DNA of 64,000 bases from an uncultured Gemmatimonadota bacterium (GTDB lineage: Bacteria > Gemmatimonadota > Gemmatimonadetes > Palauibacterales > Palauibacteraceae), in assembly GCA_964550085.1 (NCBI GenBank), contig CAZJXR010000001.1:13027-77026 (forward strand). The letters run 5' to 3'. A program made the position numbers and the translations under genes. The notes beneath the pieces were generated by a model that saw nothing but the letters and a program-made list of their open reading frames with translations, did not search any database and had not been told where the DNA came from. Shown piece after piece: positions 1 through 11,249 of the stretch; positions within the stretch are counted from its first letter, which is position 1; each line of letters begins with the position of its first letter.

Positions 1-1057
1 ACAGGTCGTAGGTGGTCGCGGAGGCGAGCGAGTTGAGGGAGGAGGACACGGTCGACATGGCGGCCGCCAGTATGGCGGCGATCAGCAGGCCGGCGAGCCC
101 GACCGGCATCCGTTCGACGATGAAGCGGGGAAAGATCTCATCCGGGGTCGCGAACTCGATTCCCCCGTAGTACGCGTAGAGGCCGATCCCGACGAACAGA
201 AAGAGTGCGAACTGCGCGATTACGAGGACGGCGCTTCCCACCAGGGCGCGCCGACCGTCGAGCAGCGAGCGGGCGGCGAGCAGACGCTGGACGATAAGGT
301 GGTCGGCCCCGTGGGACGCCATCGAAAGGAAACAACCTCCGATCAACCCGGTCCAGAACCAGTTCGCGTCCGCGGGCGCTCCGTCAAAGTGGAAGATGCG
401 CAGTCTGTGTGCGGGCGCGGCGACCTCGACGATACCGCCCCAGCCGCCCGGCACGGCGCCGATCAGCACCACGAGGGCGACGACCCCGCCGATCGTATAC
501 ACGGCGAGCTGCATCACGTCCACCCAGATGACGGCGCGCAGTCCGCCGAGGTACGTGTAGACGAGCGTCGCGGCGCCGATGAGCAGGATCGCCTGCCAGT
601 AGGGCAGTCCGCTGATCAGCACCAGCGGAATAGCGGCGACGAAGATGCGGACGCTGTCGGCGAGGCTGCGGGTCACCATGAACAGGAGCGACGCGAAGCG
701 CCGGGTCGCGCCACCGAAGCGGCGCTCGATAAGGGCGTACGCGGTGGCCATGCGGCCCCGGAAGTAACCGGGAAGCAGCAGGCCCGCGACCGCGAGCCGA
801 CCGACCAGGTAGCCGAGCGCGAGTTGCAGCAGCCACAGGTCGCCCTCGTACGCGGTGGCCGGCACGCTGACGACCGTGAGGGCGCTCGTCTCGGTGGCCA
901 CGATCGAGAAGCAGATGGCGGACCATGGCACGGCCCGTTCGGCGAGGAAGTAGTCGTCGGGGCCGCGTTGGCGGCCCGCGATCGCCACCCCGAGGGCCAC
1001 CACGCCGACGGTATAGCCCACCAGGACGACGACGTCGAGCGGTGCCAGCGTCAGCAT
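1..1057 (-). CDS. Sodium:solute symporter family (SSF) transporter, partial; N-terminus at 1057, C-terminus beyond the window edge
   Basis: Reverse-strand translation from ATG at 1057 gives MLTLAPLDVVVLVGYTVGVVALGV... with many TM segments and SSF-like features. Not in the ORF track because it runs off the edge. Confidence 0.55.
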   Translation of the reverse strand, partial: MLTLAPLDVVVLVGYTVGVVALGVAIAGRQRGPDDYFLAERAVPWSAICFSIVATETSALTVVSVPATAYEGDLWLLQLALGYLVGRLAVAGLLLPGYFRGRMATAYALIERRFGGATRRFASLLFMVTRSLADSVRIFVAAIPLVLISGLPYWQAILLIGAATLVYTYLGGLRAVIWVDVMQLAVYTIGGVVALVVLIGAVPGGWGGIVEVAAPAHRLRIFHFDGAPADANWFWTGLIGGCFLSMASHGADHLIVQRLLAARSLLDGRRALVGSAVLVIAQFALFLFVGIGLYAYYGGIEFATPDEIFPRFIVERMPVGLAGLLIAAILAAAMSTVSSSLNSLASATTYDL

Positions 1058-1117
1058 GCCTGTGGCACATCGAGGGCAGCCGCCGACGTGGTCACGGTGG
1101 CTCGGTGGCGCTCGGCG

Positions 1118-3007
1118 TCACCGACGCGCGATGCCGGCTGATCGTCTCTCCCCGGCTCCGATCGGGTAGCCGGGCGGGATCGATATCGGGGTCGTTCCGA
1201 CGATCGGGACCTCGCCGAGGATGCCGCGCACCGCCGACTCCTGAGCTACGTCTTCCTCGCCCCAGGCGAGCAGATAGCTGCCGACCGACCGGAACTGTCC
1301 GATCAGGTAGGGGCTGCCGAACGAAACCACGAGGGTCGGCTGTCGCGCGCCGATCGCTTCCACCAGGGCAGCCACGCGCGGGTCCATGCCGATCTCCGCC
1401 TTCCAGGACCGGACCTGCACCAGGGCGGCGACGATCACCAGGTCGGCTCCCGCCGTCGCCGCCAGGAGCGAGTCGAGCGTCGCGTCGGGAGTGCGGCGGT
1501 CGAGGAGCACGGGCTCGGCGGCGATCCGCTCGGAAAGCGCACGCTGAAAAGCGCGACCGGCCCATGGGTCGTAGTCATCGGTGTACACCATACTGACGAC
1601 ACGGCGGTCCGGATCGCCGGGGTTGATCGGGAGCAGGCGCTGACGGTCGCGCAGCAGGGTCAACGATCGATCCGCCACCTCGGCCGCGACGGCCCGGTGG
1701 GCGGGCGTTCCGACGATGGCTGCGACGCTGTCGAGAACGACGCGGCGCCGCCGATGCAGGCCGACTCGCGTCTTCAGGCTCAGCAGGCGCGTCACCGACG
1801 AGTCGATCCGCGCTTCCGGAATCCGTCCCGCGTCGACCTCCCCCACGATCGCCTCGATCGCCGCATCGATGTTCGGAGGCATGAGCAGGATGTCGGCCCC
1901 GGCCAGCAGCGCGCGTACCGCGGCTTCTTCACCCGGAACGCCGCGCATGTCGAGCGCGTCGGTGACGATGAGGCCCGCGAAGCCGAGCTCCGACCGGAGC
2001 AGGCCCGACAGCAGGGCGGGCGAGAGCGAGGCGGGGAGCGAGTCCCCGCTGAGAGCGGGGAAGGCGATGTGGGCGGTCATGACCCCCGCCACCCCGGCCG
2101 CGATTGCCGCCCGAAACGGTACCAGTTCGACGGAAGCGGCGCGCTCCGGCGAGGCGGAGAGGACCGGTAGCCCGAGGTGCGAGTTGGCCTCGGTGTCGCC
2201 GTGACCGGGGAAGTGCTTGGCGGTGGCCAGGAGCCCGTTCTCCTGCATGCCGCGGAGCTGCGCCACGGCCAGACGGGCCACGAGACCGGGATCTTCCCCG
2301 TAACTCCGGACATTGATGATCGGGTTGGCCGGATTGCTGTTGACGTCGGCCACCGGCGCGTACGCGAGGTGGATTCCCACCGCGCGGGCTTCGCGCGCGG
2401 TCACGCGCCCCATCTCGAACGCCAGCCGCTCGTCACCGGCCGCCCCAATCGCCATCGGCGGCGGGAACGCGGTACCGCCACCGATCTCTATGCCGTATGG
2501 AAGAACGGTCCCGCCCGTCAGCCGCTGCCCCGGACCGTGCTCGAGGTCCGAAGCGATCAGAAGCGGGATCGGCGCCCGGTCCTGAAGCAGGTTGAGCTTG
2601 GCGGCGACCTCGAGCGGCGGTCCGAGAGATACGACGATTCCTCCCACTCCCTGCTCCTCCACCATCGAGAGCAGGCGGTCGTACTCGGCGCCACCGGCCG
2701 GCAGGTAGTCTCCCGCCATCCACGGGACTATCATCTGGCCCACCTTCTCGCGCAGCGTGAGTCGGGACAGCACCTGCTCGACCCACGCCTCGTCGGGTGG
2801 GAGCAACGAGGTGATTCCGGGACCGGAGGTGGCGTCGGAGTCGTCGGCGCAGGCGACAACGCAGATCGATGCGGCGTACACAACTGCGCGGGCGAGGAGC
2901 GGTGCGGGGGAGAAGGCGACGGGACATCGCGCAGCCGGCGTGAACGGCGGTGCGGGGAGCCGAGGGCTCCGGCTCGGCGCGGAGTCGGTCCCGGGGCTTC
3001 GGATCAT
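1118..3007 (-). CDS. nagZ: Glycoside hydrolase family 3 beta-N-acetylhexosaminidase (NagZ-like), exported lipoprotein
   Basis: 629 aa. KHFPGHGDTEANSHLGLPV motif typical of NagZ/GH3, N-terminal signal with lipobox-like VVAC, C-terminal GH3 domain. Confidence 0.8.
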   Translation of the reverse strand: MIRSPGTDSAPSRSPRLPAPPFTPAARCPVAFSPAPLLARAVVYAASICVVACADDSDATSGPGITSLLPPDEAWVEQVLSRLTLREKVGQMIVPWMAGDYLPAGGAEYDRLLSMVEEQGVGGIVVSLGPPLEVAAKLNLLQDRAPIPLLIASDLEHGPGQRLTGGTVLPYGIEIGGGTAFPPPMAIGAAGDERLAFEMGRVTAREARAVGIHLAYAPVADVNSNPANPIINVRSYGEDPGLVARLAVAQLRGMQENGLLATAKHFPGHGDTEANSHLGLPVLSASPERAASVELVPFRAAIAAGVAGVMTAHIAFPALSGDSLPASLSPALLSGLLRSELGFAGLIVTDALDMRGVPGEEAAVRALLAGADILLMPPNIDAAIEAIVGEVDAGRIPEARIDSSVTRLLSLKTRVGLHRRRRVVLDSVAAIVGTPAHRAVAAEVADRSLTLLRDRQRLLPINPGDPDRRVVSMVYTDDYDPWAGRAFQRALSERIAAEPVLLDRRTPDATLDSLLAATAGADLVIVAALVQVRSWKAEIGMDPRVAALVEAIGARQPTLVVSFGSPYLIGQFRSVGSYLLAWGEEDVAQESAVRGILGEVPIVGTTPISIPPGYPIGAGERRSAGIARR

Positions 3008-3075
3008 GCGGGCGCTGGCGACCCCGTTTCAGAGAGAGAGCGGACGACCGGGTTGACCAAGGCTAAACGATCCCC

Positions 3076-4345
3076 GATGGGCGCGCAATTCGGACTCGTC
3101 CGGCTGCTTCCGCTGCTCATGCTGGGGAGCTGCACCCCCTCCTCCGACTCGCCCCCGAGCGACCGAGCGGTCGACGATACGCCGGGGGCGGGGGTTCCGG
3201 AGGTGCTGACCGGGATCGACGCCCTGGCCGCCGCTGACTTCGCGCCGCTCCGCGGCCGGCGCGTTGGCCTGATCACCAACCACACCGGCATCGATCGCAC
3301 GGGGGCGAGCACCATCGATCGACTGCAGGAGGCGCCGGAGGTGCAACTGGTGGCGCTGTTCAGTCCCGAGCATGGCGTTCGGGGGCGGGCGCAGCCGGGG
3401 GAGACGGTGAGCGACGCCACCGACCCGCGCACCGGCCTGCCCATCCACTCGTTGTACGGTCGGACCCGCGAACCGACGCGGGCGATGCTGTCGGGCATCG
3501 ATGTGCTGGTGATCGACATCCAGGATGTCGGCGCCCGCTATTACACGTATGCGTGGACGATGGTGCTGGCCATGCGTGCCGCCGCGGAGCACGGGATTTC
3601 TTTCATGGTGCTTGATCGGCCGAACCCGCTCGGCGGCCGGGTCGTCCAGGGTAACGTGCTCGACAGCGCCTACGCGTCCTTGGTGGGATTGTATCCGGTG
3701 GCCATGCGGCACGGTCTCACGCTCGCCGAGCTGGCGCGGATGGTGAACGAGGAGCTCTCGCTCGGCCTCGATCTGCACCTCGAGCGCATGTCCGGCTGGC
3801 GGCGGGAGATGCGGTTCGACGCGACGGGTCTGCCGTGGGTCGCGCCGTCGCCCAACATGCCGTCCATCGCCAGCGCGCTGCACTACCCCGGAACCTGCCT
3901 GTTCGAGGGGACGAACCTCTCGGTCGGACGCGGAACGGAGCACCCGTTTCAGCAGATCGGTGCCGCTTGGCTCAACAACGTGGCTCTCATCGGGTGGCTT
4001 CAATTACAGGGCCTGAAGGGCGTTCGCTTCGACACCGTCTCTTTCACTCCCAGGGGGCCGGCGGATGGAAAGTTCGCTGGCGAGCGAGTGCGCGGCGTGC
4101 GCTTCATCGCCACCGACGCCGATGCGTACGACCCCACCGTGGTCGCGGTCGCCGTGCTGGCCGGGATTCACGCCCTGCACGCGGCGGAGCTGGAGTGGAT
4201 CGCGACCCACTTCGACCGTCTGGCCGGCACGGACCGGTTGCGGCTCGCAGTGCAGAGTGGCGCCGGCTGGCAGGAGATCGTGGCCGGTTGGGGCCCGGAG
4301 CTGGAGCGGTTCCGGGCGCTCCGCGACCGTTACCTTCTGTACTAG
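3076..4345 (+). CDS. namZ: DUF1343 family protein (YbbC/NamZ-like exo-beta-N-acetylmuramidase), lipoprotein
   Basis: In-frame ATG at 3076 inside track ORF 2177..4345. MGAQFGLVRLLPLLMLGSC signal/lipobox. Body (GLITNHTGIDRTG..., VLVIDIQDVGARYYTY, FMVLDRPNPLGG) matches the DUF1343 pattern. Lies next to nagZ, as in the B. subtilis ybbC-ybbD arrangement. Confidence 0.7.
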
Positions 4346-4387
4346 CGAGTCGCCGAGGTTATCCAGCGGCCGGCAACGGTCGAGCAC

Positions 4388-5623
4388 TCACTCGTCGCCG
4401 TCCGCACGACCGGTGTCGAGGAACCGTTCGATCCGTGACCAGTCGTGCTTCGCGTCCTCCATTCCCAGCCCGAGCAGCCGACCGATGTATCCTTCCTCGA
4501 ACAGCATGTAGCTGAGGAAATCCGCGTTCCGCCCTTCTTCCGTGCCCAACCCCTTCACGAAGTAGCGGAGGGTGCGTGGCAGCTTCTCCTGGTACTCGAG
4601 CGCCAGGCGCCCGAGGTCACGCGTCGGCCGCAGGACGAGCAGGTCGATCGGTCGGAGGGGGTAGTCGCGCCGCGCCGGCTCCGGAATGCGGGACAGGGTG
4701 TGGTTGATGCGGGTGAGCCGCGCTGCGTCCGCGTCGATGGTGTCGAGGAAGATCGTGTTAAGCATGAGGCCGATAATCTGCGCCGGCGGTGGGTAGCCGC
4801 GGCCTTGCACGCTTTTCGATTCGGCTACCGTTCGCGGGTAGCGCGAGGAGACGGCGAGGACGCGTCGGGCACCGAGGTGGATGGCTGGCGCCAGCGGGGC
4901 AGACTGCCGGATGCTGCCGTCACCGTAGTAGCGGCCCTCTACCTCGATCGCGGGGAAGAGGATCGGGATGGCGGCCGACGCCATCACGTGATCGACGGTG
5001 ATGTCGGCGCGCTCGGAGCAGCGGAGGGGTCGTTCCCACATCTCGATGGCGGCCGACCCGTCGACGAAGGTGGTGGTCCGCCCGCTGTCGTAGGCGGTGA
5101 CCGAGACGGCCAGCGCGTGCAGGCGCCCCGAGCGGATGTTGCGCTTGATACCCGCCGGGTCAATCGAGTCGCGGAGGAACCGGTACAGCGGCTCGGTGTT
5201 GACGAGGCTGCGGGCCCGGGGCGTCAGCTGCAGACCGCCCGAAACCAGGGTCAATCCCCACCGGATCGCGATTCGGAACATCGACACGGGATCGGAACGG
5301 AAGACCCGATCGGGCCGCAGGCTGCGCCAGTTGTCTTGGAGCGCCTCGATCGCGGTTCCAAAGCTGCCGTCGTGCGCGGCCAGGAAGGCGGCGTTGATTG
5401 CCCCTGCCGAGACGCCGGTCAGAATCGAGACACGCTGTTCCGGGCGTCGTTGGCCGATGTAGCTGAGAACGCCGACCTGGTAGGCGGCGCGGGCGCCGCC
5501 GCCCGACAGGGTGACGGCCAGTGGAGACTCGACATCAGGCGACACGTCGGCCAAGGGCGCCGTCGCGGCGCGAATCAGCCCGGCGTCCTCGCGCCGGTGC
5601 GGCTCAGAAGCGCACGGTGCCAC
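4388..5623 (-). CDS. Patatin-like phospholipase
   Basis: GGGARAAYQVG oxyanion motif and GVSAG (GxSxG) nucleophile elbow. 411 aa. Confidence 0.8.
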   Translation of the reverse strand: MAPCASEPHRREDAGLIRAATAPLADVSPDVESPLAVTLSGGGARAAYQVGVLSYIGQRRPEQRVSILTGVSAGAINAAFLAAHDGSFGTAIEALQDNWRSLRPDRVFRSDPVSMFRIAIRWGLTLVSGGLQLTPRARSLVNTEPLYRFLRDSIDPAGIKRNIRSGRLHALAVSVTAYDSGRTTTFVDGSAAIEMWERPLRCSERADITVDHVMASAAIPILFPAIEVEGRYYGDGSIRQSAPLAPAIHLGARRVLAVSSRYPRTVAESKSVQGRGYPPPAQIIGLMLNTIFLDTIDADAARLTRINHTLSRIPEPARRDYPLRPIDLLVLRPTRDLGRLALEYQEKLPRTLRYFVKGLGTEEGRNADFLSYMLFEEGYIGRLLGLGMEDAKHDWSRIERFLDTGRADGDE

Positions 5624-6093
5624 GAACGGCCGGCGGGAACCTCCAGCAGCCCGTGTCGGAGCTGCTCCAGCCGCTCGAGCGTGAGGTCGATCACCATCGT
5701 CTCCTCATCCAGGCGCCCTTCGGCCGCCAGGGCTCGGAACTCGGCTCGGGACGCGGTGCGAATCGCGCCACGCTCATCCCGATACCACACCGACGAGCTG
5801 TCGACGAGCGACACACCGAGTCGTGCCTCGATCTCCCGCAAGTGACCGACGAGAGCATCGATCGAGCAACCGGATGCCGCCGTCTCGCTTTCGTCCACCG
5901 CGATCAGCAGGACGCGGTGCAGCCACCAGTCGACGCCGGCGCGCAGTGCCCGAGAATGTGCCGTCCAATCGAGCAGAAAGCCGCTCACGCTGTCCAGCAG
6001 CTTCGCGGTCTCGGAGGGCTCGAGCGTACGATCGGCGGCGAAGCACCAGAGTCTAGCGCTATCGGGAAGATGTGCGAGCTTGTGCAGGCTCAT
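5575..6093 (-). CDS. Hypothetical protein (start uncertain: ATG at 6093 or 6171)
   Basis: ORF 5575..6171. No recognisable motifs, no Walker A. Overlaps the patatin 5' end by ~49 nt. Confidence 0.35.
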   Translation of the reverse strand: MSLHKLAHLPDSARLWCFAADRTLEPSETAKLLDSVSGFLLDWTAHSRALRAGVDWWLHRVLLIAVDESETAASGCSIDALVGHLREIEARLGVSLVDSSSVWYRDERGAIRTASRAEFRALAAEGRLDEETMVIDLTLERLEQLRHGLLEVPAGRSWHRALLSRTGARTPG

Positions 6094-6223
6094 GGTCGCC
6101 GTGCGGAGGCAGAGTAGAGCGAATCGACGCGCAGCGGGGTCTGCGCTCCCCGCGCGCGCTGCATGGTCCAATGTACCGGACGCTCATCGCCGAGGTCCAG
6201 CGGCTTTCGGAAATCGGCAGCTG

Positions 6224-7432
<1,209 letters not shown>

Positions 7433-7440
7433 CGGTCGTC

Positions 7441-8886
7441 CTAGCTCCGGTTCATCCCGGGCACGGCGCTCCGTTCCTGGAACCGTTCCAGCAGTTCCCG
7501 CTGCTGGACGAGCGACATCGGGACCTGGATCACTTCGTCACCCTCGGCGAGGCCTGCCACGATCTCGGTGTACTCCCAGTCGCTGAGCCCGATCAGCACC
7601 GGCTTCAGCGTCAGTCCTCCGGTCTCGGTCTCCGTGAACACGAACGCCGGCTTCGGCCGCCCGGGGTTGGTTCGCTCGGCGGCGGCCGCCGCCTCCCGCT
7701 GCCCGCGCATGTAGTCGATCAGCCGCTGTCGGTCGGCGGCCGACAGACCCTGGAAGAACTCCATCCGCTCTTCTCGGGACATGCCCTGCATGCGCTGGGC
7801 CTGGGCGATGAGAGGGTCGGCAGACTCCGCCGGGACGGCGTCTTCGGTCCCATCGGCCGCGGCCTCGCCGTTCGCGGCTCCGGCGCCGGCTTCCGCCTTC
7901 GCTTCGACGCGCGCCTCCAGCAGGCCTCGGTCCAGGCCGAGCGCGTCGACCAGCGCCTGCGCCTCGTCCACGGTCTTCAGCCCGGCGTTCTTGAGCGCCA
8001 GCACCTCGTCCCGCTCGCCGACGATGACCTCGACGTCCGCGTTCATGCCGGGTCGCAGCAGGTCGTCCTCGTTCCGGATCCGGGTGAGCACGGCGAACAT
8101 GGTCACGTTCTGCTCGACCACCGCCTGCGGCTCCACCTTCAACACGGCGCCCCGGAACTCCCGGTCGGGGTACGCCTCCACCTCGATGCTCGCCGGGAGG
8201 CCCGCCGCGATCCGACCGATGTCGGTCTCGTCGACCAGGGTCCGCACCTGCACTTCGGTCAGATCGGCCATCCGGAGGATCACCGTGCCTCCGGTGACCT
8301 CGCGGGTGCCGGTGATCACCTGACCCTCCTCGACATTCTTCTCGACGATCGTGCCGCTGAGCGGTGCGCGCACCACCACGTCGTTCAGCCGATCACGGGC
8401 CAGCTCCAGGTTGGTCTCCGCCTTCACCAGGGCCGCCTTGGCGTTGGCGTCCTCCAGGATCGCGGTCTCGAGCTCGGCATCCGAGACGATCGCCGAGTCG
8501 TGCAGCGCGGTCGTGCGCTGCAACTGCCTCTGGCTCACCATGTAGCGCGCCTCGGCCACATCGAGATCGGCTTCCGCCTGCTCGAAGGCGTTGCGGACAT
8601 CGCGCGGATCGATTCGGACCAGAATCTCGTCCTTTTCAACGTAATCCCCGAGCTCGACCGGCATCTCCAGGATCTCACCCGATGCCTGCGACTTGACCTC
8701 GATCACCTTGATCGGCTCGATCGTGCCGGTGGCCGCCACGCTCGACACGATCCGCCGCACCTCGACGACGGTCTTCTGCAACCCGGTGGCGGCCTCGGTG
8801 GCCTCCCCGCTCCCGCACGCGAGCAGGGCGGGGGCGACCGCCAGGAGCGCGAGCTGGATGGCGTGTTTCTTCATGCGATGACTCAT
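7441..8886 (-). CDS. Efflux transporter periplasmic adaptor subunit (HlyD/MacA family membrane fusion protein), lipoprotein
   Basis: Signal MKKHAIQLALLAVAPALLACGS, coiled-coil hairpin region and beta-barrel/lipoyl-like segments. Placed 9 nt upstream of the permease. Confidence 0.8.
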   Translation of the reverse strand: MSHRMKKHAIQLALLAVAPALLACGSGEATEAATGLQKTVVEVRRIVSSVAATGTIEPIKVIEVKSQASGEILEMPVELGDYVEKDEILVRIDPRDVRNAFEQAEADLDVAEARYMVSQRQLQRTTALHDSAIVSDAELETAILEDANAKAALVKAETNLELARDRLNDVVVRAPLSGTIVEKNVEEGQVITGTREVTGGTVILRMADLTEVQVRTLVDETDIGRIAAGLPASIEVEAYPDREFRGAVLKVEPQAVVEQNVTMFAVLTRIRNEDDLLRPGMNADVEVIVGERDEVLALKNAGLKTVDEAQALVDALGLDRGLLEARVEAKAEAGAGAANGEAAADGTEDAVPAESADPLIAQAQRMQGMSREERMEFFQGLSAADRQRLIDYMRGQREAAAAAERTNPGRPKPAFVFTETETGGLTLKPVLIGLSDWEYTEIVAGLAEGDEVIQVPMSLVQQRELLERFQERSAVPGMNRS

Positions 8887-9097
8887 CCGTCTTGGGATTC
8901 GGATCACGGAGGATCCACGCGCCTTCGAGCGCGCGCCGTCCAATGCGCCCGATCCGCCTGCTCGAATCTAACGACAAACACCGGACAGGGCCCGATGGTT
9001 AGACCCCGCCCGGTGTCGTCGCATTCCCTGCCTGCTGACTACCGCCGTCCCCGCGCGGCTGTTCCCGCCGTTCGACCCGCTGGCCTGCCGGTTGGGT

Positions 9098-10393
9098 TCA
9101 ATCGCTTCCGAGTTCGGCCCCGATGAGCGCTTCGAGGGCGGCGATCGCCACCGGGTAGGAGAAGCGCTGGCGGACCAGCTCGACCTCGGACTCCGAGACG
9201 GCAATCTGTGCCGTCTGCAGATCGAGGATGGTGGCCAGCCCCAGCCGGTAGCGCTCCGCCACCACCCGCAGGTCCTCGCGGCTCAGCTCGACGCTGTTCT
9301 CGGCCAGCTCGATGCTGGCCAGCGCCACCTGCACCTCGTCGTACGCGCTCGCCACATCGCGCAGGAGCTGAAGGTACACCTGACGTTCCTGGGCGGTAGC
9401 GGCGTCGGCCTGCGAGCGCGCCGTGTATACGGCCGTCTCGCGCTGAAAACCGTTGAAGAGCGGGTAGTTGCCGGACAGCGCAATGCTCCAGCTCCGGTTC
9501 TCCGGAGGAAAGTCGCTCGACGCCCACGCCCAGCCGCCGCTGAAGCGCAGGCTGGGGATGTAGGACGACTTGGCGCTGGCCACGTTGGCGGCCGCCGCTT
9601 CGGCCGACGTTTCGGCGCTTACCAGCGAGGGTGCAGAACGGGTTGCCATCGACAACAGCTCCGCGCGCTCGTAGGGGAACGGAACGAGATCGAGCGTCGA
9701 TTCCGGTACCGGCTCCACCCGACGGTCGACCCCCACCACGACGGCCAGGTCGTACGTTGCGTTGCGCGCGTCGTTCGCCGCGCGCAGCAGACCCAGGTTG
9801 GCGTTGTTGAGGTCCACCTGGGACCGGAGCAGATCGGAACGGGTGGCGCGCCCGAGCTCGAGCTGCTGACGGACGAACTCGAGCTGGTTCTCCTGCCGCT
9901 GCACTCGGTCCTCTTCCACTTCGACCAGCTCGCGGGCCGCGATCGCCGCGTAGTACGCGCTCTTGACCTGGAAGATCGTGTTGTACTCGGTGCCGCGGTA
10001 GTCGGCCTCGCGTGCCTCGACCGTGAGCCGGGCGCTCTTCACGTCCGACACCCGGCGCAGTCCGGTGATGATGTCGTAGCTGGCGCCGAGCTGGAGCGTG
10101 TACGAGGTGGTCGCGAACGCCTGGCCGGTCGGGTCGATTCGCCCCGTGCTGGCGTTCGAGTACCCGTAGCCGAGGCTGACCGACGGCAGCCAGGCTCCGT
10201 AGCTGTCGAGACGGTTGTACTCGGCGATCTGGACGTCGGCGCGCGACTGTTCCAGACCGGGGTTGTTGCGGAGCGCGAGCCGGATCGCTTCCTCCAGCGT
10301 GATCTGCATCGCGGGCCGCTCTTCCTGCTGCTGTGCCGGAACGGGGGCCGCGCCCATGAACAGCGCGGCGGCCGCCAATGCCACCCCTCTCAT
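9098..10393 (-). CDS. TolC-family outer-membrane efflux protein
   Basis: Two repeated TolC-like alpha/beta segments, and signal peptide MRGVALAAAALFMGAAPVPAQQ after a GGAGG RBS. The alternative upstream ATG at 10474 would overlap the preceding gene by ATGA. Confidence 0.8.
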   Translation of the reverse strand: MRGVALAAAALFMGAAPVPAQQQEERPAMQITLEEAIRLALRNNPGLEQSRADVQIAEYNRLDSYGAWLPSVSLGYGYSNASTGRIDPTGQAFATTSYTLQLGASYDIITGLRRVSDVKSARLTVEAREADYRGTEYNTIFQVKSAYYAAIAARELVEVEEDRVQRQENQLEFVRQQLELGRATRSDLLRSQVDLNNANLGLLRAANDARNATYDLAVVVGVDRRVEPVPESTLDLVPFPYERAELLSMATRSAPSLVSAETSAEAAAANVASAKSSYIPSLRFSGGWAWASSDFPPENRSWSIALSGNYPLFNGFQRETAVYTARSQADAATAQERQVYLQLLRDVASAYDEVQVALASIELAENSVELSREDLRVVAERYRLGLATILDLQTAQIAVSESEVELVRQRFSYPVAIAALEALIGAELGSD

Positions 10394-10470
10394 CGGCCTT
10401 TTCCTCCTGCCATGCGGTTGTGTGGTCAGCGGGCGGTGTTTTGCGGCGCGGCGGACCATCGGGGCCCGCC

Positions 10471-10866
10471 TCAATCGGTCGGCTGGGCTCCGAACGCGCC
10501 CGCGTCGTACTGCTCCCGCAGCAGATTACGATACTGCTCGACCTGCTCCGGTGTCAGCACCGACTCGATCTCCAGTCGCACGGAATCGACCAGCGTACTG
10601 TAGCGAGGACGAAACTCGTCCCACATTTGTTTCCACGATGCCCGAAATCGGGTAAGCATTCCCTCGATCTCGGTTCGCTGCTCGGCGCTGAGGTTCAGGT
10701 CGTCGGCGAATCGCTCGATGGTGAAGCCGGACTCGGTCGTCTCCCCGCCACCGTCCTCGGCCGGCGCCAGGTTCAGCCACGCGCGTTCGATCGCGATGCC
10801 GCCCGCGCCGCCCGCGATGAACGTCAACACGAGCAGAGCGGTGAGTTTGATCCGGGCTGTCGTCAT
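10471..10866 (-). CDS. Periplasmic Spy/CpxP/ZraP-like (LTXXQ-motif, heavy-metal-sensor family) protein
   Basis: 131 aa. Single N-terminal TM/signal, then LSAEQRTEIEGML and LTPEQVEQYRNLL LTXXQ-type helices. Confidence 0.55.
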   Translation of the reverse strand: MTTARIKLTALLVLTFIAGGAGGIAIERAWLNLAPAEDGGGETTESGFTIERFADDLNLSAEQRTEIEGMLTRFRASWKQMWDEFRPRYSTLVDSVRLEIESVLTPEQVEQYRNLLREQYDAGAFGAQPTD

Positions 10867-11249
10867 TCGTTAGGGTCTTCGCGGGCCACGGCGGCCGATA
10901 GGATATCGTCGATGCCGGGCTCGGTGGCGGCGATGAGGAGCGCCGGCGGGCCGTCGAGTTGGGAGGGCTGGAGGAGCTGCTCCACGGTCGGTGGCCGCTC
11001 CGCGAGTTCGACCGGTGCCGATGCACGCTGGGCGAGCGCCGCGAAGGTGAGCGCCAGGGCGGCGGCGAGCGGAAGCAAGAGCGTCGTCCACCGGTCGGCG
11101 ACCGACAGCCAGCTGCCCGCCTCGCGGGCCCGGAGCACGGCGGCCGCCTCGGCGACGATGCGCCGTCGGAGCCGCTCGCGGGTGAGCGGGTCCGGCCTCA
11201 GCGGCTGTAGCCACGCGGGCCAGCTATCGGGATTTCGAGTGTGCTTCAT
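10863..11249 (-). CDS. Putative anti-sigma factor (single-pass membrane protein)
   Basis: 128 aa. Cytoplasmic N-terminal region, one TM (LLLPLAAALALTFAALA), 4-nt overlaps with the sigma gene upstream and the LTXXQ gene downstream. Confidence 0.45.
   Translation of the reverse strand: MKHTRNPDSWPAWLQPLRPDPLTRERLRRRIVAEAAAVLRAREAGSWLSVADRWTTLLLPLAAALALTFAALAQRASAPVELAERPPTVEQLLQPSQLDGPPALLIAATEPGIDDILSAAVAREDPNE

Noticed and set aside
299-1141. 280-aa forward ORF and 384..1070 reverse ORF at the window start
   Set aside because: Junk composition. The real gene is the reverse-strand SSF transporter in a third frame that runs off the edge, so it is absent from the track.
2177-3075. 5' extension of track ORF 2177..4345 overlapping the nagZ gene on the opposite strand
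   Set aside because: The extension is an Arg-rich junk translation. The conserved DUF1343 body begins at ATG 3076, which carries a lipoprotein signal.
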